NCBI GenBank assembly: GCA_963815215.1
Contig: CAWFFU010000003.1
Coordinates: 448,001 to 512,000, forward strand
Length of the DNA stretch: 64,000 nucleotides
Direction of reading: 5' to 3'
Source: an uncultured Trueperaceae bacterium
GTDB taxonomy: Bacteria > Deinococcota > Deinococci > Deinococcales > Trueperaceae
Below are positions 10,444 to 20,423 of this stretch, piece by piece. Each line of letters begins with the position of its first letter. Positions within the stretch are counted from its first letter, which is position 1. The translations under genes and the position numbers were made by a program. The notes under the pieces were generated by a model, which made no database searches, was not told the DNA's origin, and saw only the letters and a list, made by a program, of their open reading frames with translations.

Positions 10444-11481
10444 CTAGGCGGCGGCTCCCCGTGGCCTGCTGCGGAGCGCCTCGCGGAACGTCACCAAGCG
10501 ACGCCGCTTCTCGTCCCACAAGGTCAGAACGACCGTCTTGAAGCTCCCCGTAAGCGAGAGCCTCGACACCCTCTGCAGCATCGGGTTCTCGTCGTGACAG
10601 CGCTGCAGGTTGTAGTTGGGGATGCGTGGGCTGAGGTGATGGATGTGATGGAAGCCGATGTTCCCGGTGAACCACTGCAGCACCCTGGGGAGGTCGTAGT
10701 AGGAGCTGCCCTGAAGCGCCGCCAGCGTGTAATCCCACTCCGGGGTGTGCTCCCAGTAGGTGCGCTCGAACTGGTGCTGCACGTAGAACAACCAGGTGCC
10801 CACGCTGGCCGCCAAGACGATGATCGGGAGGCCGATCATCAGCACCGGCAACACGCCGATCACGAAGCTTGCGCTGCCCAGCAACGCAACGATGGCGGCG
10901 TTCGTCAACCACACCGAACGGGTCTCCCCCGTGCGCCAGCTGGCCTTCGCTCCCAAAGGCAGGCGCTGCAACACGATGAAGTTGAACGCCGGTGCGGCCC
11001 CGAACAGGAACAGCGGGTTCCGGAACACGCGGTAGACGATACGCTTCCACAACGGCGACGCCAGGTACTCGTCGACGGTCAGCGTCCACACGTCGCCGAT
11101 GCCGCGCTCCTCGAGCTCGGCGTGGTGAGCGTGATGGATGGCATGGGTCTTGCGCCAGAACTTGTAGGGAGCCAGCGTGAGAACACCACTGATCGCGCCC
11201 ACCACGTCGTTGGCTCGCTTCGACTTGAAGAAGGCGCCGTGCCCGCAATCGTGCTGGATGATGAACACCCGGACCAGGAAGCCGGCCGCAGGGATCGCCA
11301 ACAGGAGCGTGAGCCAGTAGCCCACCCCTAGCGACAGGAACATCAGTCCCACCGTCAGGAACAGGCCCCCGAAGGAGTTCGCCAACTGCCAAAGGCCACG
11401 CTTGAGGTCAGGCTGCTGGTACTTCCGTACGATCGCTTGCCAACCGGCGAACTCGGCCGAATGCGCGTTCTGCTTGGTCAT
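10444..11481 (-). CDS. Membrane fatty acid desaturase (Bacillus Des-like)
   Basis: Three His boxes HDCGH, HAIHH and HHIHH, plus WLFYVQHQF; start placed at MTKQ after AAGGGA. Confidence 0.93.
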   Translation of the reverse strand: MTKQNAHSAEFAGWQAIVRKYQQPDLKRGLWQLANSFGGLFLTVGLMFLSLGVGYWLTLLLAIPAAGFLVRVFIIQHDCGHGAFFKSKRANDVVGAISGVLTLAPYKFWRKTHAIHHAHHAELEERGIGDVWTLTVDEYLASPLWKRIVYRVFRNPLFLFGAAPAFNFIVLQRLPLGAKASWRTGETRSVWLTNAAIVALLGSASFVIGVLPVLMIGLPIIVLAASVGTWLFYVQHQFERTYWEHTPEWDYTLAALQGSSYYDLPRVLQWFTGNIGFHHIHHLSPRIPNYNLQRCHDENPMLQRVSRLSLTGSFKTVVLTLWDEKRRRLVTFREALRSRPRGAAA

Positions 11482-11720
11482 GTGCAAGTCCCTTCGCTGG
11501 GCGCGGGGGCCACGCCGGCCACGACGTCCTCGGTGGGCTCCTGGTGGGGCGGAGCGACGATCGTCGCCCGCCGTATGCGCCCACGAGGCGCCGAGCACGA
11601 GCCCTCTCCAGCAGCGGTTGTCGAGGTGTGGTACGAGATGAGAACACCCTCTTCGGGCGATTTCCTGAGCGGACCTTGCCGAAACGTCCGATGCCTCGTC
11701 GCTGGCTTTCCCAGGAGTGC

Positions 11721-11797
11721 TTGCAGGTTAGCACAGTGCACTGGGGCGTCGGGTCGGGGCGGTCGGCGGGGAGCCTGCAACACAACCTGCATCACAA
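11721..11797. promoter_or_regulatory. Putative desaturase extended -10 (minus strand) and 12-bp tandem repeat operator
   Basis: Minus-strand TGcTAACCT at 11733-11725; CCTGCAACACAA-CCTGCATCACAA at 11774-11797. Confidence 0.45.
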
Positions 11798-11848
11798 GAC
11801 GGCCCGGCACCCCGAAGCATCCCCGAAGCGGCCGTAGTCCGGCAGCGC

Positions 11849-11877
11849 TTGTAATCTCGGGCCACAAGGGGTATGCT
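11849..11877 (+). promoter_or_regulatory. Sigma70-type promoter of csp
   Basis: TTGTAA-N17-TATGCT, followed by an AU-richer 5' UTR of about 95 nt and RBS AGGAG. Confidence 0.65.
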
Positions 11878-11980
11878 TCATGGCGTTCCGAAAAAGTCGA
11901 TAAGGCTTTCTTGAAACTCGGGCATCTGCCCGGACATCAATACGCTTGACCAAGGTCAGGCCATTTAGGAGATAAGCATC

Positions 11981-12196
11981 ATGGCAACAGGTAAAGTGAA
12001 ATGGTTCAACGGCGACAAAGGGTTCGGCTTCATCGAACAGAGTGACGGTGGCAAGGATGTCTTCGTGCACTTCTCGGCGATCCAGGGCGACGGCTTCCGT
12101 AGCCTGAACGAGAACGACGAGGTGGAGTTCACGGTCGAGCAGGGCCCCAAGGGTCTGCAGGCCTCGAACGTGAAGGTCACCAAGCCCGGCTTCTAG
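11981..12196 (+). CDS. cspA: Cold-shock protein
   Basis: GKVKWFN, RNP1 KGFGFI, RNP2 VFVHFS. Confidence 0.95.
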   Translation: MATGKVKWFNGDKGFGFIEQSDGGKDVFVHFSAIQGDGFRSLNENDEVEFTVEQGPKGLQASNVKVTKPGF

Positions 12197-12224
12197 ACAC
12201 CCCACCGAATCCCGTAGACCGAAC

Positions 12225-12256
12225 GATCCCCACCCGAGCTAGCTCGGGTGGGGATC
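12225..12256. terminator. 32-bp perfect palindrome, probable terminator downstream of csp
   Basis: GATCCCCACCCGAGCT/AGCTCGGGTGGGGATC. Confidence 0.7.
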
Positions 12257-12536
12257 TGCTGTTGGGGGAGGACCGACGCGGTCGCCACACCGTGGAGACC
12301 CGCGAGAAGTGCATTGTCGATGAAGAGCGCTGCGACCCCGTTCCGGCAGCGGGGGCACACGTCTCCGAGGACCCGTGGGTGTCCTTGCAGGCGCCGCCCG
12401 GCGGCGTCGGATCCGTCGCCTCTCGAACCAAACGAACGGCTCGAGCACGTGAACCGGAGCTCGGCATCCCATCGCACGACGGGCCCCCGAACATTCTCGG
12501 GAGCCCGTTCTCTCGTCCCTCACGGGACCTGTTCTG

Positions 12537-12611
12537 TGGAGCCAAAGGTCGGATTTGAACCGACGACCTGCCGATTACGAATCGGCTGCTCTACCGCTGA
12601 GCTACTTTGGC
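12537..12611 (-). tRNA. tRNA-Thr (CGT)
   Basis: Cloverleaf with anticodon arm GCCGA-TTCGTAA-TCGGC, T-loop GTTCAAATC and encoded CCA. Confidence 0.95.
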
Positions 12612-12655
12612 GCGCCTCCGTGATGCAACCGGAGGACCGGGCGTGCGGCCCGCGG

Positions 12656-12731
12656 TGGTGGCCAGGGGCAGAATCGAACTGCCGACACTGCGATTTTCAG
12701 TCGCATGCTCTACCGACTGAGCTACCTGGCC
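12656..12731 (-). tRNA. tRNA-Phe (GAA)
   Basis: Anticodon arm TGCGA-CTGAAAA-TCGCA, GTTCGATTC, encoded CCA. Confidence 0.96.
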
Positions 12732-12772
12732 GAGAACCGGTGGCGCCCCCTTCGGGGGCGCCCTCCGGCAAG

Positions 12773-12848
12773 TGGCGGAGCGGACGGGATTTGAACCCGC
12801 GACCTTCTGCGTGACAGGCAGATATGCTAACCGCTACACTACCGCTCC
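12773..12848 (-). tRNA. tRNA-Asp (GTC)
   Basis: Anticodon arm TCTGC-CTGTCAC-GCAGA, GTTCAAATC, encoded CCA. Confidence 0.96.
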
Positions 12849-12890
12849 GCGCGGGCCCCGAGCACCTCATGTTCGCTCCGGGCGGAAGGT

Positions 12891-12920
12891 AGGATACCCG
12901 GCGCCGACGCGCACTGTCAA
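12891..12920 (-). promoter_or_regulatory. Sigma70 promoter of the tRNA Asp-Phe-Thr operon
   Basis: TTGACA-N18-TATCCT. Confidence 0.75.
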
Positions 12921-12944
12921 CGCCGGATCGTCCCCGTTCGGGGC

Positions 12945-14873
12945 CTACTTCGCGGCGTTCAGGACCGACGTCTCCGGCCGCTCCCGCTCCCCGGGCTCGA
13001 CGCCTGCGGGGGCGTCTCCGGGCCGGGCGATCCCGAGACCGCGGAGCGCGGCTCGGATGCCCTCGGTGCCGTACCCGAGCGCCTCGTGCTGCCTCTCCGG
13101 CGTTCCGTGGGGCACGGTGACGTCGGGGATGCCCAAGCGGCGAAGGGGCACGTCGAGACCGGCGTCGGCAAGGGCTTCGGCGACAGCCGAACCCAGGCCT
13201 CCCACGATGGTGTGGTCTTCGACGCTGATCAGCGCACGCTTCGTGCGTGCCAGCGACTCCAACATCGCGTAGTCGAGCGGCTTCACGAAGCGGGCGTTGA
13301 CCACACCGACACGCGGGTCGTCGCCGGCAGCGGCCAACGCGTACCCCAGGGTCGTTCCGATGGCCAACACGCTCACCTCGCTGCCCTCCTTGAGGATCTC
13401 CCAGCTCCCCCAGGCGAGCTCGGGCCAGCTCTCCACCGAGTCGGCGGCGGCGGTCACCGCGCCTCTGGGCCAGCGGATGGCCCGCGGCCCGCCCAACCGC
13501 AGCGCCGTCTTCAACATGCTCTGCATCTCACGGACGTCCTTGGGCATGCCGATCGCCATGTTCGGGACGGATCGGAGATAGGCCATGTCGTAGATGCCCT
13601 GATGGGTGGCGCCGTCACCGCCCACGAGCCCGGCACGGTCGATCGCGAAGACCACGTCCAGGTTCTCGAGCGCCACGTCGTGAACGACCTGATCGAACGC
13701 ACGCTGCAGGAAGGTGCTGTAGATCGCCACGATCGGCTTCTCGCCGCGGAGGGCGAGGCCGGCACCCACGGTGACGGCAACGTCCTCGGCGATCCCGACA
13801 TCGATGAAGCGGTCCGGGTGGGCCTTGCTGAACTCCACCAGACCGCTGCCTTCGCGCATGGCCGGGGTGACGACCCAGACGCGATCGTCCCCGTCGGCCA
13901 GGGCGGTCACGGCGTCGCCGAAGGCGTTGGACCAGCCATAGGCCTTGCCTTCGACCACCGGGTGCTCCGGGTCGAAGGTCGAGGCTCCGTGCCAGGTGAT
14001 CGGATCGTTCTCCGCCACCTCGTAGCCCTTGCCCTTGCGGGTGACGATGTGGAGCATGGTGGGCCCGTCGAGTCGACGGATGTGCTCGAGGTAGTACAGC
14101 AGCTGTGGGATGTTGTGGCCGTCGATCGGCCCCACGTAGCGCAGGCCCATGGCGTGGAACGGGTTGTTGCTGGCAGGGTCGAGGAACCGGCGGGCGGCCT
14201 TCTTCGCCCGGCTCCCGAGTTCCGCCAGCGGCTCCCACACTCCCGTGAGAGCCTCCTTCGATCCCTTCTCGGCCTGTTGGAACCAGCGCTGCACCTGCAG
14301 CGTGCTGAGGTAGTGCTTGAGCGCCCCCACGTTCTCGCTGATCGACATCTCGTTGTCGTTCAGGATGATCGTCATCCTGGGCTTGACGTGCCCGATCTGG
14401 TTCAGCGCCGCCAGCGCCATGCCTCCGGTGAGGGCGCCGTCACCGATGACGGCCACGACGTCATAATCGTCGCCACGCGCGTCGCGGGCCAGCGCCATGC
14501 CCAGCGAAGCTGCCAGGCTGGTGCTGGCATGGCCCACCGTCAGCGCGTCGTGCTCGGACTCGCTGCTGGTCGCGAAGCCCGCCAGGCCGCCGTCCATCCG
14601 GATCGTTCCCATGCGCTCCCGACGACCGGTCAGGATCTTGTGCCCGTACGTCTGATGACCTACGTCCCACACGATCCGGTCACGCGAGGTGTCGTAGAGG
14701 TAGTGCAGCGCGACCGTCAGCTCGACGGCGCCAAGACTCGAAGCCAGGTGCCCACCTGCGATCGAGCACGCCCTCACGACCTCCGCGCGCAGCTCGGCGG
14801 CGACCTGCGGAAGATCTTCGCGGTTCAATCGTCGGAGATCGTGAGGAAACCGGATGTCCTCGAGCAAAGCCAT
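12945..14873 (-). CDS. dxs: 1-deoxy-D-xylulose-5-phosphate synthase
   Basis: [52 protein letters not shown]. Confidence 0.97.
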   Translation of the reverse strand: MALLEDIRFPHDLRRLNREDLPQVAAELRAEVVRACSIAGGHLASSLGAVELTVALHYLYDTSRDRIVWDVGHQTYGHKILTGRRERMGTIRMDGGLAGFATSSESEHDALTVGHASTSLAASLGMALARDARGDDYDVVAVIGDGALTGGMALAALNQIGHVKPRMTIILNDNEMSISENVGALKHYLSTLQVQRWFQQAEKGSKEALTGVWEPLAELGSRAKKAARRFLDPASNNPFHAMGLRYVGPIDGHNIPQLLYYLEHIRRLDGPTMLHIVTRKGKGYEVAENDPITWHGASTFDPEHPVVEGKAYGWSNAFGDAVTALADGDDRVWVVTPAMREGSGLVEFSKAHPDRFIDVGIAEDVAVTVGAGLALRGEKPIVAIYSTFLQRAFDQVVHDVALENLDVVFAIDRAGLVGGDGATHQGIYDMAYLRSVPNMAIGMPKDVREMQSMLKTALRLGGPRAIRWPRGAVTAAADSVESWPELAWGSWEILKEGSEVSVLAIGTTLGYALAAAGDDPRVGVVNARFVKPLDYAMLESLARTKRALISVEDHTIVGGLGSAVAEALADAGLDVPLRRLGIPDVTVPHGTPERQHEALGYGTEGIRAALRGLGIARPGDAPAGVEPGERERPETSVLNAAK

Positions 14874-15005
14874 GATCGTGCCACTCCTCCCGCGGCCGCC
14901 GTCGCTACCCCCATGAGTCTACCAGAGGGCTTCTGCTGGAACGGAAGCTCCCCACCCGCTTTCTCTGATCGCTTCGAACGCAGCGACGGCCCGTGACAAC
15001 CCGCC

Positions 15006-15737
15006 TCAGGGCGTCCCGGAAGACGAGCCGGTGTTCTTGGGCTTGGGGGCCAGAACGTTGCTGGCGATGAGGACGTTCCCGTTCTCGTCCCGCACCTCGC
15101 CGATATCGGGGGTGAACCAGAACTGCTGCGTCAAGGTGCTCGTGACGTTGGCGTTCTCGTCCAGCGTGCGGGTGGTGAACGACACCACGTACACCTCGAA
15201 GGTACCGGCGGCCAGCGTCACCTGGCGCTTGTCCACCACGGTATAGACGTAGTGCACATCGAGGGTCTTGCTGGCCTGCTTGGCGTTCCCGTTGGACGAG
15301 CCCTCGGTCGCGACGACATCGACCTTGGTGTCCCCCGCCCAGGTCGCGCCGACGCGCAACTGGCCCTCGGCCGGGAACTCCTTGATGGGTGGATCGAATT
15401 TGATGACGGTGCCGAGCTTGTTCTCGCGACCCAGGTAGACCCCATCAGGGGTGTACTGCAGGTAGCGAGTGACGTCCAGCCCGCGCCCCTGTGTGTGCCA
15501 GGCGATCCACACTTGACCGTCGAGGACGCTGGGCCCGACCACGTCGACCGTGAGCCGAGGATCGCTCAACTTGGCGCCATCCGGGAGGTACTCCCAGTGC
15601 GCGCCGGTCTGGTGCGGATAGTAGCTGATCGGCTTGGTGAGCTGCTGTACGGTGACCTGCTTCTCGCTGCTGGGGGCACAGGCAGCCAGCAGGACCGGCA
15701 GCGCCAGTGGCACCAGAACAAGGGCGATGCGTCGCAT
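15006..15737 (-). CDS. Hypothetical lipoprotein, beta-rich
   Basis: Signal MRRIALVLVPLALPVLLAAC with lipobox LAAC; VTLAAGTF..WF.PDIGEV pattern; TACAGT 5 nt upstream of ATG. Confidence 0.75.
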   Translation of the reverse strand: MRRIALVLVPLALPVLLAACAPSSEKQVTVQQLTKPISYYPHQTGAHWEYLPDGAKLSDPRLTVDVVGPSVLDGQVWIAWHTQGRGLDVTRYLQYTPDGVYLGRENKLGTVIKFDPPIKEFPAEGQLRVGATWAGDTKVDVVATEGSSNGNAKQASKTLDVHYVYTVVDKRQVTLAAGTFEVYVVSFTTRTLDENANVTSTLTQQFWFTPDIGEVRDENGNVLIASNVLAPKPKNTGSSSGTP

Positions 15738-15793
15738 GCGCCACTGTACCGCGGGTCGCCGGCACCGGGGTGAGGTGTTATCGGCCTCCGAGC

Positions 15794-16720
15794 TCACCCC
15801 ACTGCGGCTTCCGCGGTGTCGCGAACCTGCCGGTATACGGCACTGTCATTGGGGTCGAAGTTGTGGAGGAGCGCCAGGTACCCGGCTACCCAGGCGCTCA
15901 GGTACCACAGCACGAACGCCTCGGCGACCGGATCCTCGAGATCGTCGGTCATGGACTCGCCTGCGTGCACCGACAGGCTCTCCACCTGTGCCACGCGCGT
16001 TCCCAGGACCTCGCGCACCAGCCCGACCTCGCGGTCCTCGGGACCGAGCACCAGGCCGACGAGGTCGTCGCCGAGCTGATGGCGTCCCTCGAAGGCGCCG
16101 CTGACCACACCCGCAGGATGGATGCCTGTCGGGATCGCCAGCGTCTTGCCGACCCTCGCCAGCACCTGTTGGACCAGCGGTTGAAGGGCAGCGCGGGCGC
16201 GGCTGCTGACGAGCAGCGGCACACGGTTCCACAACGTCCACGCCACCGTCTTGGCCGGGTTGCCCTCGGTCGGAACGTCCGGGCCGAGACGCGGCAACAG
16301 CTCCCGCATGCGGGCCTCGGCGGAGGCGATCGCTTCGGCATGCCCGGTAGCACGACCCAGGTAGCTCAGGTGGGTGTAGGGGCTGAGCACGCCGGCCGGC
16401 ACGCGATAGCTCGGCTCGAAGACGGCGTCGCCGAGCACGATCGGCTGGGCTCCCGTCAACTCGGCGTTGAGACGCAGGGCCGCCGCCTCGCCGAAGTCGA
16501 ACCCCGATGTGAGGAGGAACTGCGTCCCCTGACCCACCATGGGGGCGTCCATCCAAGGAGCCAGCAGCGCGGTGAGAACCGCGCCCTCACCGAAGCCGAG
16601 AACGCCGTAGGGTTCGGGCTGCACCCCGTCCGGACCGTCATAGGAGCCGGGGAGTGCCGCCAGCCGGCTGAGGAATCCGCTCGTGTCGAGCGCGGAGAGC
16701 GCGTCGAAGTCATCCAGCAT
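15794..16720 (-). CDS. SIS-domain protein (PGI/PMI-like, divergent)
   Basis: NPAKTVAWTL and C-terminal YLALLHNFDP resemble bifunctional PGI/PMI proteins; GMGGS is replaced by GFGEG. Confidence 0.6.
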   Translation of the reverse strand: MLDDFDALSALDTSGFLSRLAALPGSYDGPDGVQPEPYGVLGFGEGAVLTALLAPWMDAPMVGQGTQFLLTSGFDFGEAAALRLNAELTGAQPIVLGDAVFEPSYRVPAGVLSPYTHLSYLGRATGHAEAIASAEARMRELLPRLGPDVPTEGNPAKTVAWTLWNRVPLLVSSRARAALQPLVQQVLARVGKTLAIPTGIHPAGVVSGAFEGRHQLGDDLVGLVLGPEDREVGLVREVLGTRVAQVESLSVHAGESMTDDLEDPVAEAFVLWYLSAWVAGYLALLHNFDPNDSAVYRQVRDTAEAAVG

Positions 16721-16774
16721 GGCTTCATGGTAGCCCGCCTTCCGACGTCACCGCGTCGTGCCCTGCAGCGCGGA

Positions 16775-18022
16775 TCAATGCGGCAGGAGACGCCCTCCGA
16801 TGTCGCGACGGAGGTGGGCGCCCGGGAACTGGATGCGGTCGGCCGCGGCGTAGGCGCGCTTCACCGCCGCCTCCAGGCTATCGGCGGTGGCGACGACGTT
16901 GAGCACGCGCCCACCAACGGATACCAGTCCTCCGTCGCCCCTCGCCGTCCCGGCGTGGAACACCAGCACGTCGTCCCCCAGGTCTTCGGGGATCGTGATC
17001 GGGATGGCCTTCTCGTAGGAACCCGGATACCCGGGAGCGGCCATGACCACGCAGGCGGCCTTGCGGCCTGTCCAGCACAGCTCGAGACGCGCCAGTCGCC
17101 GATCCGCGACGGCCTCGAGCACGCGGAGCAGATCGTTGTCGAGCAAGGGCAGCACCACCTGGGTCTCGGGGTCACCGAAGCGCACGTTGAACTCCAGCAC
17201 CTTGGCGCCCTCCTCGGTCATCATCAGTCCGATGAAGAGCACGCCCTGGTAGGCGATCCCGTCGGCGTTGAGCGCTTTCAGCGTGGGTTCGACCACCCGC
17301 GTCATGGTCTGCCATTGCTGCGCCGAGCTCAGGAGCGCCGCCGGCGCCACCGCACCCATCCCGCCGGTCATCGGCCCGACGTCCCCTTCGAGTGCCTGCT
17401 TGTAGTCCTGAGCCAGGACCATGGGTCGGTACGCGAGGCCGTCGGTGAAGACCAGCAGGCTGATCTCCTGGCCCTCGAGCAGTTCCTCGATCACGACCTC
17501 GGCAGCGGGCTTCTCGAACACCGCGTCCACAGCGTCGACGGCCTCGGCCAGGGTTCGCGCCACCGTGACGCCCTTGCCTGCAGCGAGAGCGGAGTTCTTG
17601 ACGACGATGGGGGCGCCCACCTCTTGGAGGTAGGCATGCGCTGCCGTGCGGTCCCGGAACGTCCGGAAGGCCGCGGTGGGGATGCCGTGCCGCGCCATGA
17701 ACTCCTTCGCGAAGCGCTTGGAACCTTCCAGACGCGCCGCCTTCGCGCTGGGCCCGAAGATCCGGAGACCTTCGGCCTCGAAGGCGTCGACCACGCCAGC
17801 GACAAGCGGCGCCTCCGGTCCGACGACGGTGAAGTCGACCGCCTCGTCCCTGGCGAGCCGCAGCAGGGCCTCCACGGTGAGCGGCACCTCGACGGTCCGC
17901 GCCACATCGGTCATGCCGGCGTTGCCGGGCGCAACGATGATCTCCTCGACCCGCTCGGACTGCGCGAGCTTCCACGCCAGCGCGTGCTCCCGGCCGCCGC
18001 CGCCGACCACAAGGACCTTCAT
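16775..18022 (-). CDS. purD: Phosphoribosylamine-glycine ligase
   Basis: GGGGREHALAW, APGNAG, EGSK, AAGKGV, TGGMGA, EFNVRFGDPE. Confidence 0.97.
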   Translation of the reverse strand: MKVLVVGGGGREHALAWKLAQSERVEEIIVAPGNAGMTDVARTVEVPLTVEALLRLARDEAVDFTVVGPEAPLVAGVVDAFEAEGLRIFGPSAKAARLEGSKRFAKEFMARHGIPTAAFRTFRDRTAAHAYLQEVGAPIVVKNSALAAGKGVTVARTLAEAVDAVDAVFEKPAAEVVIEELLEGQEISLLVFTDGLAYRPMVLAQDYKQALEGDVGPMTGGMGAVAPAALLSSAQQWQTMTRVVEPTLKALNADGIAYQGVLFIGLMMTEEGAKVLEFNVRFGDPETQVVLPLLDNDLLRVLEAVADRRLARLELCWTGRKAACVVMAAPGYPGSYEKAIPITIPEDLGDDVLVFHAGTARGDGGLVSVGGRVLNVVATADSLEAAVKRAYAAADRIQFPGAHLRRDIGGRLLPH

Positions 18023-18633
18023 CCGGCAACCTCCTCGCCCGGCGGGCGCACCCGTCCGGTCAACACGGCCCGCGCCGCCTCAGGGTAGGCGCGATGCTCT
18101 TCGGCACGGATGCGCTCCGCGAGCGTGTCCTCGCTGTCCCCTGCCAGCACCGGCACCCGACGTTGCACGATGACGCCTCCGGTATCGACGCCTTCGTCGA
18201 CGAAGTGCACCGTACAGCCCGACTCATGGACGCCCGCTTCCAGCGCCTGGCGCTGGGCGTGCAGCCCGCGGAACGCCGGCAGCAGGCTGGGATGGATGTT
18301 GAGCAGGCGGCCGCGGTAACGCCGCACGAAGGCCGGCGACAGGATGCGCATGAACCCTGCAAGGCACACCAGGTCGATGGCGGCCCTCTCGAGCGCGCGC
18401 GCCGCGTCGACCTCGAACGCCGAGCCGTCGCGGTAGGGCACGTGCAGCGCCTCGACCCCGGCAGAGCGCGCCTTCTCCAGGGCAGGCGCCGAAGCCCGGT
18501 TGCTGATCACCAGCACGACCTGGCCCAGGGGTTCGTCCGGCCCGAACGCATGCAGCAACGCTTGCAGGTTCGAGCCGCGGCCCGAGGCAAGCACGGCGAT
18601 GCGGGCGGGTCGGCCCAAGGGGAACGACGTCAT
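18019..18633 (-). CDS. purN: Phosphoribosylglycinamide formyltransferase
   Basis: SGRGSNLQAL, LAGFMRIL, NIHPSLLP, GCTVHFV, VDTG. Confidence 0.97.
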   Translation of the reverse strand: MTSFPLGRPARIAVLASGRGSNLQALLHAFGPDEPLGQVVLVISNRASAPALEKARSAGVEALHVPYRDGSAFEVDAARALERAAIDLVCLAGFMRILSPAFVRRYRGRLLNIHPSLLPAFRGLHAQRQALEAGVHESGCTVHFVDEGVDTGGVIVQRRVPVLAGDSEDTLAERIRAEEHRAYPEAARAVLTGRVRPPGEEVAG

Positions 18634-18662
18634 GCGGACAGTCTACCCACGGGGCCCCACCT

Positions 18663-19622
18663 TCAAGCGGCTCCGTCCAGACGCTCCGGGTGCCGCTTCC
18701 GCCAGTAGCGGGTGACGCCCATGACGGTCATGGCGGCGTCACTGGTCACCTTGTTGCGCAGCCGGACCCCGGCGTTGGCGCCAGCGCGCTCGAGCTCGGC
18801 GTCCTCGAGCCGCTCGACGCGCTCGACCAGCGCCGGTTCCTGTTCGCCGGCGCGAAGACCCGCCAGCACCTCTGAGGCCCATGTGCGGTTACGTTCGGGC
18901 AGCTCGGCCAGGTGGTCGTCGGCCGGCTGCACCTCACCGAAGTGCGTGAGCATGAGGCGCTGGGGGCCGACGCCGCGCATGCGGGTGACACTCGCCTCCC
19001 AATCCTCCAACGACAGCTCGGGGGGCGGCAGGGCAGGTCGGGTCAGCGGCGAGCCGGGCAAGCGGATGCCTGCGCTGTCACCCGTGAACAGCGTGCCGTC
19101 GGGGAACAGGTAGCTGACGTGGTGAGAGGCGTGACCGGGCGTGTGGAGGACGCGCACCTCGAGCCCACCGAGGGCCAGCGTCTCTTCCCCTTCGACCGGC
19201 CGCAGGCGCTCCCGGGGAACCGGCTCCATGTCACCCCAGAGCTCGTCCATGGCCTCGCCGTAGATGCGGCGGGCACTCGAGACCAGGCGTCCCGGGTCGC
19301 TCAGGTGGGGCGCACCGATCGCGTGCACGACCACCTCGGCACCGGTCCGTGCCGCCAGGGCCCCGGCGCCGCCGGCGTGATCCAGGTGGATGTGGGTGAG
19401 CAGCAGCGCCTTGAGATCACCCAGGGCCAGCCCCGCCGCCGCCACGCCCGCCTCCACATTCTCGATCGTGGAGCCGGGGCCGCTCTCCACCATCACGAAC
19501 CCGCCCTCGGGGAGCGGCACCAGGAACACAGCGATGGTCCCGGGCAGGCCGTTGTGGAAGGTGTCGACGACCCACACGCCGCTGCGTTCACGAACGCGGG
19601 GGAAGTCGGGGAACGCGCTCAT
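18663..19622 (-). CDS. MBL-fold metallo-hydrolase
   Basis: THIHLDHAGG, TPGHASHH, FTGD; ATG overlaps the upstream stop codon. Confidence 0.9.
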   Translation of the reverse strand: MSAFPDFPRVRERSGVWVVDTFHNGLPGTIAVFLVPLPEGGFVMVESGPGSTIENVEAGVAAAGLALGDLKALLLTHIHLDHAGGAGALAARTGAEVVVHAIGAPHLSDPGRLVSSARRIYGEAMDELWGDMEPVPRERLRPVEGEETLALGGLEVRVLHTPGHASHHVSYLFPDGTLFTGDSAGIRLPGSPLTRPALPPPELSLEDWEASVTRMRGVGPQRLMLTHFGEVQPADDHLAELPERNRTWASEVLAGLRAGEQEPALVERVERLEDAELERAGANAGVRLRNKVTSDAAMTVMGVTRYWRKRHPERLDGAA

Positions 19623-20377
19623 CCGCCGGCGACCTCGTTCATGAGCGTGCCGACACCCTCGACCTCCACCTCGATGTGGTCCCCGACCGCCAGCGGTCCG
19701 ACGCCGTCGGGCGTGCCCGTCAACACCAGATCGCCCGGCCCGAGCGTCATGAAGCGACTGATGTAGCTCAGCACCTGCGCGACCGGGAAGATCATGTCGC
19801 GGGTACGGCCGTCCTGCTTGGTCACGCCGTTGACGCGCGTCTGGACTCGCACGTCGTTGGGATCGAGGTCGGTCTCCAGCCACGGGCCGACCGGGCAGAA
19901 GCCGTCCGCGGACTTGCCGCGCACCCACTGCAGATCGGCGCGCTGTCGGTCCCGCGCGGTGACGTCGCAGGCGCAGGCATAGCCCAACACGTACTCGAGC
20001 GCCTCGTCCGGCTCCACGTCGCGCATCTCGCGGGCGATCACGACCGCGAGCTCGCCCTCGAACTGCAGGTCCGCGGTCCACGAGGGGTACGGGATGTCGT
20101 CGCCGGGGCCACGCAGGGTGTTGATCCCCTTGAGGAACAGCCCGGGCTCCTCGGGGAGACCCTCCGCTTCGTGGCCCATCTCCTTGATATGCCGAGCATA
20201 GTTTCGCCCCACACAGATGATGATTCCCGGCTCGCACGGCGCCATCAGGGTGACGTCCGTGAGCGGAACGGTGTGGCCGCTGGGGCGTCCGAGCATGCCG
20301 GTGAGCTGCTGGATGTACCCTCCCTCGACTTCGCCCCAGTGGATGCCATCGAAGCTGCGGTAACGAACGCGTTGCAC
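19619..20377 (-). CDS. Fumarylacetoacetate hydrolase family protein
   Basis: CVGRNY, FEGELAVVI, DVTARD, GKSAD, LTGTPDGVG; RBS AGGAGG. Confidence 0.92.
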   Translation of the reverse strand: MQRVRYRSFDGIHWGEVEGGYIQQLTGMLGRPSGHTVPLTDVTLMAPCEPGIIICVGRNYARHIKEMGHEAEGLPEEPGLFLKGINTLRGPGDDIPYPSWTADLQFEGELAVVIAREMRDVEPDEALEYVLGYACACDVTARDRQRADLQWVRGKSADGFCPVGPWLETDLDPNDVRVQTRVNGVTKQDGRTRDMIFPVAQVLSYISRFMTLGPGDLVLTGTPDGVGPLAVGDHIEVEVEGVGTLMNEVAGG

Positions 20378-20423
20378 GGTGTTCCTCCTTCGCCCCCGCC
20401 GGTGCGGGGTGCGGCCGGTGCCG

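Noticed and set aside
12257..12536. Possible integrated element or att site at the tRNA-Thr 3' end
   Set aside because: No duplicate of the tRNA 3' end and no integrase noticed; the ORFs here lack an RBS or motifs
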